The notes beneath the pieces are model-generated. The model did no database searches. It saw nothing but the letters and a program-made list of their open reading frames with translations, and was not told the origin of the DNA. Shown one piece after another: positions 22,390-33,578 of a stretch of 64,000 nt of DNA. The stretch's first letter is position 1. Each line of letters begins with the position of its first letter. Location: assembly GCA_030295235.1 (NCBI GenBank), contig AP026176.1:186001-250000 (forward strand), in the 5' to 3' direction. This DNA comes from Fistulifera solaris. Its lineage: Eukaryota. The position numbers were made by a program, and so were the translations under genes.

Positions 22390-23877
22390 ATGGGAGACAT
22401 GCAAGAGCAAATGATGATGCAGCGGGCCTGCACACACCTCAGCGATGTGGTGCTTTACATGCCCATGGCTACTAAAGCGGCGTATTTGGAAGCCCTAATT
22501 CAGTGCCCACATCTCGTCGAATCCGAGTCGAATCCAGAAACGTTTTTACGGTTCGAGGATTTCAATTACTGGAGCGCGGCTGGCAGACTGGTCACTTACT
22601 GGCGAAAGCGAAAAGAGTTCTTTGGAGACCGGGCGTTTCTGCCGATGGATTTGAGCGGCAAAGGGGCGATGAACGATGACGATATAAGACCCATGGCAAC
22701 GGGAAGCCTTACCATGATTCCCAACAGCAACATCATTATCCACGATCGAACGTGCGCTAGCGACGCTGGAGACGAAGCGACAAAAATGCGAAGACGCTTC
22801 TTTTCATGCAAACGATGATGAATTCAACTTTACACACCGAGAAAGGGCCACGATTGTTTATCTATGGCTTCGAGATCTCGGATGCGCGGAAAAGAATGAA
22901 TGCAGAGCTAAAGTCTCTCATAGCAAGTGCTTTCCCGATCCCCAATTTTGAGGAGTTTCATTTAATTTTTGTGAAGGAAAAGAATCAAACCATATGGCAG
23001 TATATATTGCCTCGCGGACTAGAGCAAATGTCTGGCTTGATTGGGAACGTCATGATCCACAATTTCAATTTTAAGGATGAGATAGCCGATCAGCTCTCTT
23101 ACTATGGTGTTACTCGGAGTCATTTACCTGTCAAACTTGGAGGTTGTTACAGCCCAGAGCAGAGTTTGTTTGTTTTACAATGTGGGCTTCCGCTGTCGAC
23201 AATCTACAGACTGAATCAACCAGCACCAGCATCTTATGAAAGCCCTATACGCAATCAGTCTGCTACAGAGAAAGGTAGCTTAGAACGTCTATTGGAATTT
23301 TTTCATGAAAAAGGCCCCGGATCTCCCGGATGTAGAAGAGATGGATTCACTGGACCCCTTAACGCCATCTGACCTCGCCTCAATCACCAACCAGAAAAGC
23401 GATTCGTGCTATTATTACTCTCGTTCCATTCCACTGTATGTGGACTATGATACAAAGGTACTCTCGGCCTACCAATGCTTGGCTCGTCAGCAAATCGAGT
23501 TCTTCGAAGCCAGTGAAGATGATATCACTTCTTCGATTCGCGGTAGGAAAAAGGCCATTGTTCTCGGTCAAGTCGGTCTTCGATGTCGCCACTGTGCACA
23601 CCTGCCACGACAAAAACGAGCAATAGCCGCAACCTACTATCCAACGACGCTCGAAGGTGTCTACCAGACGGCCCATAACCTGGCTCGGAGGCATCTGATC
23701 AGTTCTTGTCCCTTTGTGCCGCCGGAATGCAATCGCAAACTGGCACAACTGGGCGAGTCTAAATCGGTGACTTGTATAGGAAAACATTACTGGGCCGAAA
23801 CGGCGGAACTCAGCGGGGTCATCGAAATCGATGGCATTTTACGGTTTCAAGATGCGCCAACTCTTGCCGATACTTGA
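22390..23877 (+). CDS. CRAL-TRIO-like/GQVGLRCxHC fusion (copy 3)
   Basis: Colinear paralog; frameshifts at ~22803 and ~23300. Confidence 0.8.
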
Positions 23878-24172
23878 AGCTGAAGATGCTAGCAGGCACG
23901 ACCCACAAAAGCTTCTCTTTGCCTTTCTATTTTACCCTATCAGAACGTTACTCTTTCAGATTTAGCGATAGTGTTTTATCAACTTCCGAGTTCAGCAGCA
24001 GAAATACGAGCAATGTGAGAAATTTACTTTCGAAGGGTAAATGATAAAGTCGGTTGCGTATGCAAAACAGTTTCTAGAAGGTATTCAATAGACTACTACA
24101 AGTAAGCTTCACGCTCAAAAGGGTGATTGAGTCGCCCAAAGTGGCGACAATACTAAAATGTTAATGTAACAT

Positions 24173-24829
24173 TTAAGCCGCCTTACTTTTTCCAAACGAA
24201 TCCACAATCGCATCCAACGTCTTTTGCAAAACAGGATACCGCGACTCGGGCGTTTGTGCCGTGATGGTCACCAAGATCGACCCGGCTCCTCCCGTCGCAC
24301 CCTGTTGCAAGGCAAAGATGGCCCGAAAATGCGTCAGCGTCCCTGGCACAGTCTGTCGGTAATCAAAGAAATACGCCCCTTTCGCCGAGGTGGCCGACAG
24401 CATTTTGGCAAACGGATCGTCTTCCGAGCCCGCCAACGCCCCCTTGGGCAAAATCGTTTGTGCCGCCACTTGATCGACGGATCCGAAACTCGCCAAACTG
24501 GTAAAATCATCGCGGACGGGTGTGTAGGCAATCGTCAAAGCGGTCCAAGCATCCGCGGGATCCTGCCACAACAACAATTCCCGTCGATCGCGCAAGATTT
24601 GCTTCGAGAAGGTCCATTGTGTTGGCACTTGGATGGAAAAATTGCGAATCGGATCATCAAACAGTTGGAGCCTGTCGGAAGTAACCGCGGCGGACACGGA
24701 CGGCAACAAGAGAGCACTGGAGGAAGCGAGAGAGTTCACGAACCAGTCTCGACGAGTGATGGCTCGATGGGGTGTGTACGCCAGCGACATGATAAAGAGG
24801 AATGCGAGGAAAACGATGCAAGGTTTCAT
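24173..24829 (-). CDS. PsbP-domain thylakoid lumen protein (PPD type)
   Basis: Signal peptide SLA-Y, TRR twin-Arg; FSIQVPTQW, DFTSLASFGSVDQVA, LVTITAQTPESRY...IVDSF. Confidence 0.85.
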   Translation of the reverse strand: MKPCIVFLAFLFIMSLAYTPHRAITRRDWFVNSLASSSALLLPSVSAAVTSDRLQLFDDPIRNFSIQVPTQWTFSKQILRDRRELLLWQDPADAWTALTIAYTPVRDDFTSLASFGSVDQVAAQTILPKGALAGSEDDPFAKMLSATSAKGAYFFDYRQTVPGTLTHFRAIFALQQGATGGAGSILVTITAQTPESRYPVLQKTLDAIVDSFGKSKAA

Positions 24830-25020
24830 GATTGTGCGACGTTCTTTATACGACTCCTCCTCCTCCTCCTCCTCTGGGTATTATCTTTTGCAATTCAATC
24901 GCTCTCGCGCAATAGGGAAAATAGAAGTTTTAGGAAGGAAGGAATGCCAAAGCAATCGCACGCTTAACTTGTTTGTTGCAATGGAACTTTTTGCAGTTGC
25001 AGCACGTCGCAAGAATAATA

Positions 25021-25107
25021 CCTGGAAACGACGTTAAAATTCTGCCTCGCCGTAAGCGCTACGTAGAAATTTGTACTGAGAGGCAGAATTTTAACGTCCT
25101 TCCCTGG
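25021..25107. mobile_element. 87-bp miniature inverted-repeat element flanked by TA
   Basis: Perfect 19-bp IR gacgttaaaattctgcctc (25030-25048 / 25080-25098); imperfect extension to CCWGG ends; TA on both sides. Confidence 0.6.
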
Positions 25108-25404
25108 TAATGTTGCATCTTCCAACGCGATAGGACGCTGTGCTGTGGTGACGTGTCAATAACCAATCAGAAGCGTTCATGACTAGACATCTGGAACACT
25201 CACAAAAACAGTACTTCAATTCCTTCAGCAAAATGACTGCCGGACTGCCGTCTCGAGCGAAAACAGCACAAACAGATTTTTTTTTTACTCCGTATTGTTT
25301 TCCGATGAGCAGATTGTCGTTGCTAAACTCTAAATAAATTGCAAAACGCTAAACACTTTTGTATTCTTCTTTCCTTCCTTTACACATTCACTCACTGCTT
25401 TTCA

Positions 25405-25907
25405 ATGATGCGCTCTTGGTATATGTTCTGCTTCCTCTTCCTGACGGTCATTCACGCGGTTCCGACGGCCGAAATTGTCTCGTGCGGTGGCTGAGCTTTG
25501 AATCGGCTTCCCGCCTTGAAATCCTTTCTCAAGGACGGAGAAGCCGAATCGTACTGGGCGTGAAGGTAAAATATATAGCGGGACGGACGGCCGTCATGAC
25601 GGTTTTCGATGAGCAAGGTCGCGAGACAGAAAAGATACCGCTCCATACGATTACGGAAAAGGCGGCCTTGCATCAATTGATGAAAGAGAAAGGATTTGTG
25701 CAAATGTCACCGGAAGAGATGGCGGCGGCGAAAGGTCAAGGAGGGTCATTACGGAAATTGGGGTTTTCGAATTGGTTTGCGGAAGAAACGAAGGATTCTA
25801 TAGGAGAGCCATCGTACAAGTCCATGTTTGGATTGTACGGAATGGCATTGCTATCACTGGGTGTCATCATGGCCGCGCGAAGACGTCGTTTGAAAAGAAG
25901 ACGATAG
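25405..25907 (+). CDS. SELENOM: Selenoprotein M-like (Sep15/SelM family) with Sec at TGA 25492-25494 and a C-terminal TM segment
   Basis: ATG 25405 reads MMRSWYMFCFLFLTVIHAVPTAEIVSCGG(TGA)ALNRLPALKSFLKDGEAESY. One base missing at ~25557 joins this to GVKVKYIAGRTAVMTVFDEQGRETEKIPL...LMKEKGF. CGGU followed by LNRL is the SELENOM signature. Confidence 0.9.
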
Positions 25908-25925
25908 CTTGTTTATCGATAATGA

Positions 25926-25991
25926 AAGCATTTCGAGTCGCGGGAAGGACGCCGCCTGGCCGGTGGTTGATACACGCGACGGAAAATGTTT
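25926..25991 (+). promoter_or_regulatory. Candidate non-canonical SECIS hairpin 1
   Basis: GTCGCG-GGAA-GGAC-GCCGCC-(TGGCC)-GGTGGT-TGAT-ACA-CGCGAC, with outer helix AAGCATTT/AAATGTTT. Confidence 0.6.
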
Positions 25992-26023
25992 CGAATGCAA
26001 AGTTAATGAAAGAAAGAGAAGAA

Positions 26024-26085
26024 CTGTTGCTGAATGAGTGCGGAAGGACGCTGCCTCGGAAGGGTGGCTGATGCGGCACGAACAG
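26024..26085 (+). promoter_or_regulatory. Candidate non-canonical SECIS hairpin 2
   Basis: GTGC-GGAA-GGAC-GCTGCCT-(CGGAA)-GGGTGGC-TGAT-GCG-GCAC, with outer helix CTGTT/AACAG. Confidence 0.6.
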
Positions 26086-26173
26086 CGAATCGTTCGAACA
26101 TGTACAGTACAACTATGTTAACAGTATTAATTAAAATGTTAATGAATTATTTTCAACAATTACTAGCCATGGT

Positions 26174-29050
26174 CTACTCCGAACCACTTGGTACGGTGCG
26201 GTTGTCCACCAATTCGGTTGTCTCGGTAAGCTCGGTAAAATCATGATCTAACAAGCGCTCAGTCATCATGGCGTCGCTGTCACTGTCAAAAGCAACCGCT
26301 CGTTGTGGACGACGTCGTTCACTCCTTGGTTGTCTCGACGAAAAGTCAATGGACGGAGGTTGATACAACCGTAAGAGTAAGCTACTCATTACTACACTGA
26401 CCGAGCTCAAGGCCATGGCCAGAGCTGCCACGGTCGGAGGAAGTCGTACGCGCAAGAAGGGATAAAAGACACCCGCTGCGACGGGGATACCCAAACAATT
26501 GTAAATCAAGGACCAAACGAAATTCCATTGAATCCTACGAAAAATGGCGCGGCTCAGATCCAAGGCAGTGCACACGTCCACCACGTGCCCTTTCACCAAA
26601 ACAACGTCGGAGGCTTCATTCGCAATGGCAGCTCCTGTACCCAAACTTAAGCCAACATCGGCCTGAGCCAGAGCAGGACTGTCATTGATACCTAAACATA
26701 AGGGCAGGCAAGGTGAGGAACCTACGAAAGAAGAAATGAATTCTATCCTTTGCCATCCAAACCCTCACTTACCATCGCCCACCATTGCCACAACTTTTCC
26801 TTCTGCCTGCAGTTTCCGAACATGTTCTAGTTTCGTTGCGGGCAATGCTTCCGCAATGATACGGTTTTGTGGAATGCTCAACTTTCGACCTACGGCAGCA
26901 GCCGTTGTCGTATTGTCTCCCGTGACCATCCAAACATCAATCCCCATTTCCGATCGAAGATACGCAATGGCCGGGCCGGCATCTTCTTTGATTTCGTCAA
27001 CAATTCCCAGTATCGCTTTCACGATTCCATTCAAAGCTATCAAAACCGCGGTTTTTCCTTCTTCTTCTAACGATTGCATACACTCTTCCGCGACAAATGA
27101 TACATCGTAATTGTGCATTTCGGCAAAGGCACGATTTCCCACAGCCATCAGTGTGTTACCAAATCGACCCAATGCGCCTCTTCCAGTGAACGAACGAAAG
27201 TCGGAAGGCTGCTCCAACGGTTCCTCCTCTATATATTCCTCTCCGAGCTTTTCTTCGGCGAATTGGACAATTGCCTTGGCGAGTGGATGTTCCAACGAAC
27301 GTTCGAGCGACGCCAAAAGCCAGAGTATCTGATTTTCGTTGGTATGTTCCTTGTCATCCAATTTCAAGAAATCGGATACCACCGGCTTGCCCTGTCAACA
27401 GCGACTGAGATTTCCGAAGTAAATACAACCAACGAACACCACCATCTCCACGCTTACCTTGGTCAAAGTCCCCGTCTTGTCAAATACGACCGAATCGACC
27501 GTACTGGCGACTTCCAGCGATTCCCCTCCTTTCAACAAAATTCCCACCTTGGCCGAAACACCGGTCCCGACCATGACCGCGGTTGGCGTCGCCAACCCCA
27601 ACGCACACGGACATGAAATGACCAAACACGCGATCGCAAACAGAATACTAAACGTCATGGGATCCTCATTTTCGTACCAAGACGAGGGAACGACGTGTGT
27701 CGAACAAAGAGCGTACCACACCAAGAAGGTGACGACGCTGATGGAACATACGGCGGGCACGAAGAGCGCCGAAATCGAATCCGCAAAGGTTTGAATGGGG
27801 ACCGTCCGCGTTTGTGCATCATGGACAAGCTGCACAATTTGTGCCAATGCCGTTTGGGCACCCACGCCCGTGACTTGACAAAAGGACGCACCCTCCGATC
27901 CCGCCTCGACACACACCGTTCCTCCCAATACCGACGCACCGATGGTTTTGAGTACCGGCATGGCTTCTCCCGTCACCATACTTTCATCGACACTCATTTC
28001 ACCCACTAAAACAATTCCATCCGCCGGAATGGATGTCCCCTGAATGACTTTGACAATATCACCGGCACCAATGTTCTGAATGGGTACCACCGTTTCTCGA
28101 TACGGATCACGGGAAGGATCAAAATGATCCGTAGGAGAAAGGGGCGTGACTTGAATGGCCGTTTTGGCTTGCAATTCCAGCAGTTGCGTCAATGCCTGAC
28201 TGGTTCGACGCACCGCGACCGCTTGCATCCATTTCCCACCCAACACGAAACAAATGAGGACGGCCGACGTTTCAAAGAAATGCGCCGCCATGGTATCCTC
28301 CGTCAGTACACCGACGACAGCATACGAATACGATGCCGTCGTGCCCAAGGCAATCAATACATCCATCCCGGCCCGTCCTGCGACAAAGATGGCAAAAAAG
28401 GCTCCCTTATAAAATTCCCATCCCGACAAGAATTGTACGGGCGTGGCCAACATCCACAATATGAGGGCTTCCAGTGGCATTGCAAAATGCCAAATGTGAA
28501 CCGGACGCTGCAAGATACGGAGGTGCGGCAGAAACATCGTTAATGATAAAATGGGAACTGTCCCTACCAGACTCCATAAAAAAGCGTTCCGACGTCCTTG
28601 GACCTTTTCCGTTTGTCGTTGTTGCAACTGTTGCCACCGTTCTTCCATATCGTCGAATGTATTTGTAGACATTGGCTGTTCCTCATCATTAGTGCTGTTA
28701 TTGTTGTTGTTGACGGGCGAGGATTCGTTCAAGACGACAACTTTTTCGACGGAATATCCGACAGCTTCAATCGCTTGTTTTATGCGACAAGTCATGTCGT
28801 CATCATGGGAGGAAGCGGGCCACGTGACGGTGGCGGTATCCGTCGCCAAGGAAATCGCCACCGCACAAACTTGCGGCAGTTCGTGTCGAATCGCTTGTTC
28901 AATGGTACCACTGCACACGGTACACGTCATACCAGCAATCCAAAATTCGGCGCTACACACTATTTGTGTTGTCAGATCTTCAATGTCACCGACGTGTTGC
29001 GGTGTTGTTGTTATTTCCTCAGAATGCGTCGATCGTTCCTCTTCGGACAT
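26174..29050 (-). CDS. P1B-type Cu(+)-transporting ATPase
   Basis: GMTCTVC metal-binding domain, TGE, CPCALGLATP, DKTGT, EHPL, TGDN, GDGIND, YN and MALSS. Introns 27392-27457 and 26692-26772 restore one frame. Confidence 0.95.
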
Positions 29051-29547
29051 GATTATTGCGTCTAAGAAAAAAGCGGAAGATAGTAATTATTTGTTTACAA
29101 GGATAATAATAGCACAAGGATCGCAACGCGAAGGAATGAAATAATATAATCATCATCAAAAACGGTCCAAAGGTCGTCGTCGTCGCGATCCCCAAGATGC
29201 GTCTACTCTTTGGTTCAGTGTTCAGTCACTTATAAGCGTCTGTCCTGCGCTCCAAGGCAAGATTCATTCGTTCGTTCGTGATGATATTTCATTCCATTTT
29301 CAGTGTATACTGCTTCGAAGTACAAGGATCCATCCGTTGAATACCGAGACGTTAATGAAGCGCTAGTCGCAATTCGTCAAAACGGTTCTCACTTCTACAC
29401 AAACGATGATACCATCATCTGTTTGAAATCCATAAGGTCGACCATCGTCAACAATGACAACACGCTCATTCCTCATGGCGAGTTTGAAAAGAGGCAAACC
29501 CCCTGTTTCACTGCTATCGAATAGAGAAACAAGGAACAAATACTACG

Positions 29548-30411
29548 ATGAGGATACGAAGCAACAAGAATACAAAGTCGAGGCTGGCACTGCTACTTTA
29601 TTTCGGTGGGTTGCCCCTCGGCCAACCTAGCCGGATTTTTCGGGCACTCCAACAACAACCAAATAACAATTCATCATCGTGTTCCTTTGAGGATCTCTTT
29701 GCTTCCACTTGCTCTTTGCAAGACTATTGCGCGACTTTGATGCCGATGATGGCCAGTTGTTCCGGTGATATCAGTAATGAATGGTTTATTTTGATTCAAA
29801 TGGAAGAAATTTGTTATTTGACCGAACAACGAGAAAGTAGTTTTGCACGACATTCTTCGACAGAAGAATTACCCGAACGCGGCTTTTGCTCCCTCGAAAG
29901 TGCGTATTTCAATTTCCGCGGCTCTGTCCTAGAAAATGCACAACATCAAGAGATTGTGACGTATCCGGTCAAGGGATTGTTGCAACAAGTGACCTATTAT
30001 CAGCCTTGTGACGACACGGCGGCCGACTCGTTTTTCGGACGAGGCTATTGTGCCGATCCGTGTCCGCAAACGGTCTTGCAAGGATCACTCGTGTGTCAGC
30101 AGCCGTGTCAAACGTGTCCGGACGAACCAACACAAGAAGTCTTGGATTGTTCCAATATTCATCCGACACTCGTCGAAACCTGTAACCAACCAGATTCCTT
30201 TACGGAGGCATTGTTGCAATATTTGAAGAATGAAACGAACAACGATAGTCTGTGGTCGGATACTTCCAGTCAAGTAGAGCTGGAAGGAGACGAAACCACC
30301 AAGAGTCGTACTAGTCCTGCCGAACAGAGTCATGGTTCGTGGGCTTTTCCACTATTCGTCTTTCTACTACTCATCAATGACATATGCATCTTCCAATCAG
30401 CAACGATTTGA
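29548..30411 (+). CDS. 14-Cys-domain surface protein (member 4, dispersed)
   Basis: RAL motif, same 14-Cys spacing (CSF...CSL..YC...CSNIHPTLVETC), hydrophobic C-terminus. Confidence 0.8.
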   Translation: MRIRSNKNTKSRLALLLYFGGLPLGQPSRIFRALQQQPNNNSSSCSFEDLFASTCSLQDYCATLMPMMASCSGDISNEWFILIQMEEICYLTEQRESSFARHSSTEELPERGFCSLESAYFNFRGSVLENAQHQEIVTYPVKGLLQQVTYYQPCDDTAADSFFGRGYCADPCPQTVLQGSLVCQQPCQTCPDEPTQEVLDCSNIHPTLVETCNQPDSFTEALLQYLKNETNNDSLWSDTSSQVELEGDETTKSRTSPAEQSHGSWAFPLFVFLLLINDICIFQSATI

Positions 30412-30635
30412 TTCGATTGTACGACTCCCGCGCGCAATACTAGATTCATGCATTGAACAAAGACGAAAAATTGTCTATTACCACGAGTCTTGGAGAAATC
30501 ACTATTTCCCCGGCGGTTTAGCATACACACGCACTTTTTCGAGCAAACATCTAGTTAATTCTATCGTACGACTCTTCTAGCATCCAATATTATATCGTAT
30601 CTACTATCCATTTAGCCATTGTGCGGCGACATGAT

Positions 30636-32388
30636 TTAAAGAACCAATGCCAACAACATGGATGCCATACCCACTACGGCCATGTTCGCCGAGGACGAAT
30701 CGACGGGAGGAGGAACACTGGGTCCCGTGGCGGGAGGAACGGTCGTACCATCCGGAGCACTGGGAGCGGGAGATTCACCGTCTTCGGGTCCACTGCCCGA
30801 GGGGGTCGGCACAATCGTACCAAAGGCCGGAGTGGGGACATCCGATTCACCATCATCACCCGATGTTGGAGCCAACGTACTGTCCGAAGTGGGAGACAAG
30901 GTCGGGGCCGGTGTCGCGGCAAAGTTCTCACCAAACTGGTACGCCGAAATCTGTCCCAATACATCGGCCGCATACACAATGGTACCACGTCCATTCAAGG
31001 CGATATCACCATAGACACCACCCGTGACATTGACGGTCCAGTCCAACTGTCCCAAGTTGCCGACGGGGACCATGTGAACTCCACCATCCGTCGAAACGGT
31101 CGCTTGTGTGGCATAAATAATGTATTGCTGATCTTGCGTCAACAAGAGACGCGACGACACGAGATCGGGAGTGGTGGCGACATTCATGTTGCTGTAATCG
31201 TACGACATGGACCAGATTTGGGGAGCGGCACCGACACCGTACACCATCGGTTGGACGGGATCACTGCTGAGGGTGACTTGGGCACGGGGTCCTTGGTAGG
31301 CCGGAGCGGGTCGATCGGCGCGATCAAAGGTGGCACGACCGGTGCGGCCACGCGAAAAGTACGTACGGGCCAAGGGGGCTTCTCCGAGGTAGCAGTCGGT
31401 GGTAGCCTTGGAGACGGTCCAGTACATGCTGAGACCTCCGTTGGTCAAGACGGGGCCGGTGGTGGTGTGAAAGTCGGTACGACTGCCCATGGGAGCGAAT
31501 CCGAGTCCCTGGCCGTCTCCCATGTACTCCATGGGGAATTGAAAGACAAAGACTTGACCGTCCGTTTCGGCAATCGATGTGGCTGTGCGGGGAGTATCCC
31601 ACGCAAAGAAGAAGACGTCGTTGGTGTTGTTGGCACCGCCGTCGTACCAACCGGCCGTGGGATTGTGGTAGAAACCAATGGGAGAAAAGGGACGGGCCAC
31701 GGCGACGGTACCGTTGGAACCGCTTTCTTGCGACGAATAGTTTTCGGAAAAGATGGGTTCGAGGGGAGCACCGGGTTGCAAGCCGGCCACCGAAAAGATG
31801 GACAAGTATCCTTCCAGAGCATCCACATTGTGTGTAACGAGAATGTGACCTCCGTCACTGTCCGTGACGGGAGTTCCGGCAGCAATACCTTGCAAGGAAG
31901 CCGATTGGAAGATGAGAGCACCCGTCGGGTCGACGGCAATCACACGACTGTCGAGAAAAGAGGAGTGAGAAAAGGAAAGACGTCAGCATTATCATCAACA
32001 AAAGTACTCACGTCGTCGCCAAGGGACTGTTCGTCTTGTCGGTAGCACCATCCGCAATCGCATAAACCAAATAAGGACGCGCGCTGCGGTAGTTAAAAGT
32101 GACACCACTCCAACAACGAATGGCAAAACCGAGATTTTCGGGGACAAAAGTCCACAAGACGGCACCCGTCGTTGGTTCAAAGGCTCGCAAAGTACCATCC
32201 GATGATGTGGAAACAATCATCTTGTTGTCGGGAGACAAGTAGATACCGTTGCCCTGCAAGACTCCGGCGGCCGTGTCATCGGTCGTTCGTCCCGACCACA
32301 ACACCGTCGGATCGAGGTAGTTGAACTCTTGAGCCTGAACGAGGGAGCTCAAGAAGAGAAGAAGAAAGCTCAAGGAGAGTTTCATCAT
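30636..32388 (-). CDS. Secreted beta-propeller (PQQ/WD-like) protein with Pro/Thr/Ser stalk and GPI-type tail
   Basis: Signal peptide MMKLSLSFLLLFLSSLVQA; DGTLRAFEPTTGAVLWTF blade motif; intron 31948-32011; hydrophobic tail. Confidence 0.8.
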
Positions 32389-33000
32389 GGTTGCAAACAA
32401 ATAAATAATACGAATCAAATACTTTGCAACGTCCACCAAGTCGTATTGTGTGTTAATCGTTTCGTCCGTCGAAATGTGAATCTTTGGAGGGAGAAAAACA
32501 CGATGTATTGCACACTTTCGTCATCGATCGAGTGTACGGTTGAACGGATGTTGAAACGGTCCGGTGCTTCTAAATATTTCTTCCGCGCCGACGTAAAGAA
32601 TATTCCCACGATCCATTTTTGTACAATCCACTCCGGCAACGCTTAGAACATTATTTAGTATAGTTAGTTGACAACGGACGTTGGCCTACTCTTAGTCCAT
32701 GAATGAAACGGATGGGAGTATACCTGGCTCCATACTCAACTGTGGGGTTGGATTTGGATACTTACGTGCCACCCATCAGTCCCGCCGCGTGTAAGTCCAC
32801 GCTTTCGGCAGTCCACGAAGCGTGCGCGAAGGACCACACACGAATGCCCAGGGAACATTCGTATCCCTATTTTTTAAAAAGGCAATCAACAGATTATTGA
32901 ACTTCTATAGAAAGACTTAAGACTGCATCTATACTTTGTATCAAAGCAGAAAATATGGAATGACGTTAATGATGATCTTCCCGTTATGTCGCAGCGCACA

Positions 33001-33578
33001 TCATCGTTCGGCCGTACAGATCAACAAATCATTGCGACTATTGATATCTATCCGCAAATCGCGATCTAAATAGAGAGTATCAAACCATCCTTGACCGACG
33101 GGAGGAATTCGATACGAGCCCCATCGCCCCAAATCCAATGTGGCTTCCGAAAAGACAAAATTGGTGCGTTGTCCCGCGCGATCGGGGATGGACAAGGTCC
33201 CCTGGACGCCCAACGATCCACCGTTCACAAACGGAATACAATTTTCGAGACGATTTCCATCAATAATTTGATAAATGGACCCAGGTGGACTCCATCCTTG
33301 GTCGATAAATAGATTGATTTCTTTTTCCGTCGTATACTGCAATTTCCATTTCTTTTGTAAAGGGGTGACGCGGCCGTGGCTTGGACGGGCGACAGTGGTG
33401 CTAATTGGTCTACATAGGATTCAATAGTAGCGCGTTCGGGTTTTTGACGGCATAGTTGCAGTAATTGTTGTTTCAATGGCGCCTTGGGTGACACGCGTTG
33501 CAAAACGTTGAACGCTTGACAACTTGTCGAAATGAAACTCCAGACAAGCAAGAAAGCAACGGATTTTCGAGAGGGCAT
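33001..33578 (-). CDS. Plastid PAP/fibrillin-family protein
   Basis: Presequence CQA-F; W.L.YTTE; GWFDTLYLDRDLRI; one missing T at ~33360. Confidence 0.85.

Noticed and set aside
25926..26103. Twin hairpins as an H/ACA snoRNA (ANANNA-like hinge, downstream ACA)
   Set aside because: The hinge is simply purine-rich, both internal loops carry the same GA-containing core rather than distinct guide pockets, and the position directly after a UGA-containing gene favours SECIS. Not fully excluded.
26174..29050. Functional link between the Cu-ATPase and the adjacent selenoprotein gene
   Set aside because: Convergent neighbours in a compact eukaryotic genome; adjacency alone is not evidence.
30621..32045. 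474-aa + strand ORF, and similar long overlapping ORFs (9223-10329, 24224-24967, 60081-60851)
   Set aside because: Antisense or alternate-frame shadows of well-supported genes, with no recognisable motifs.
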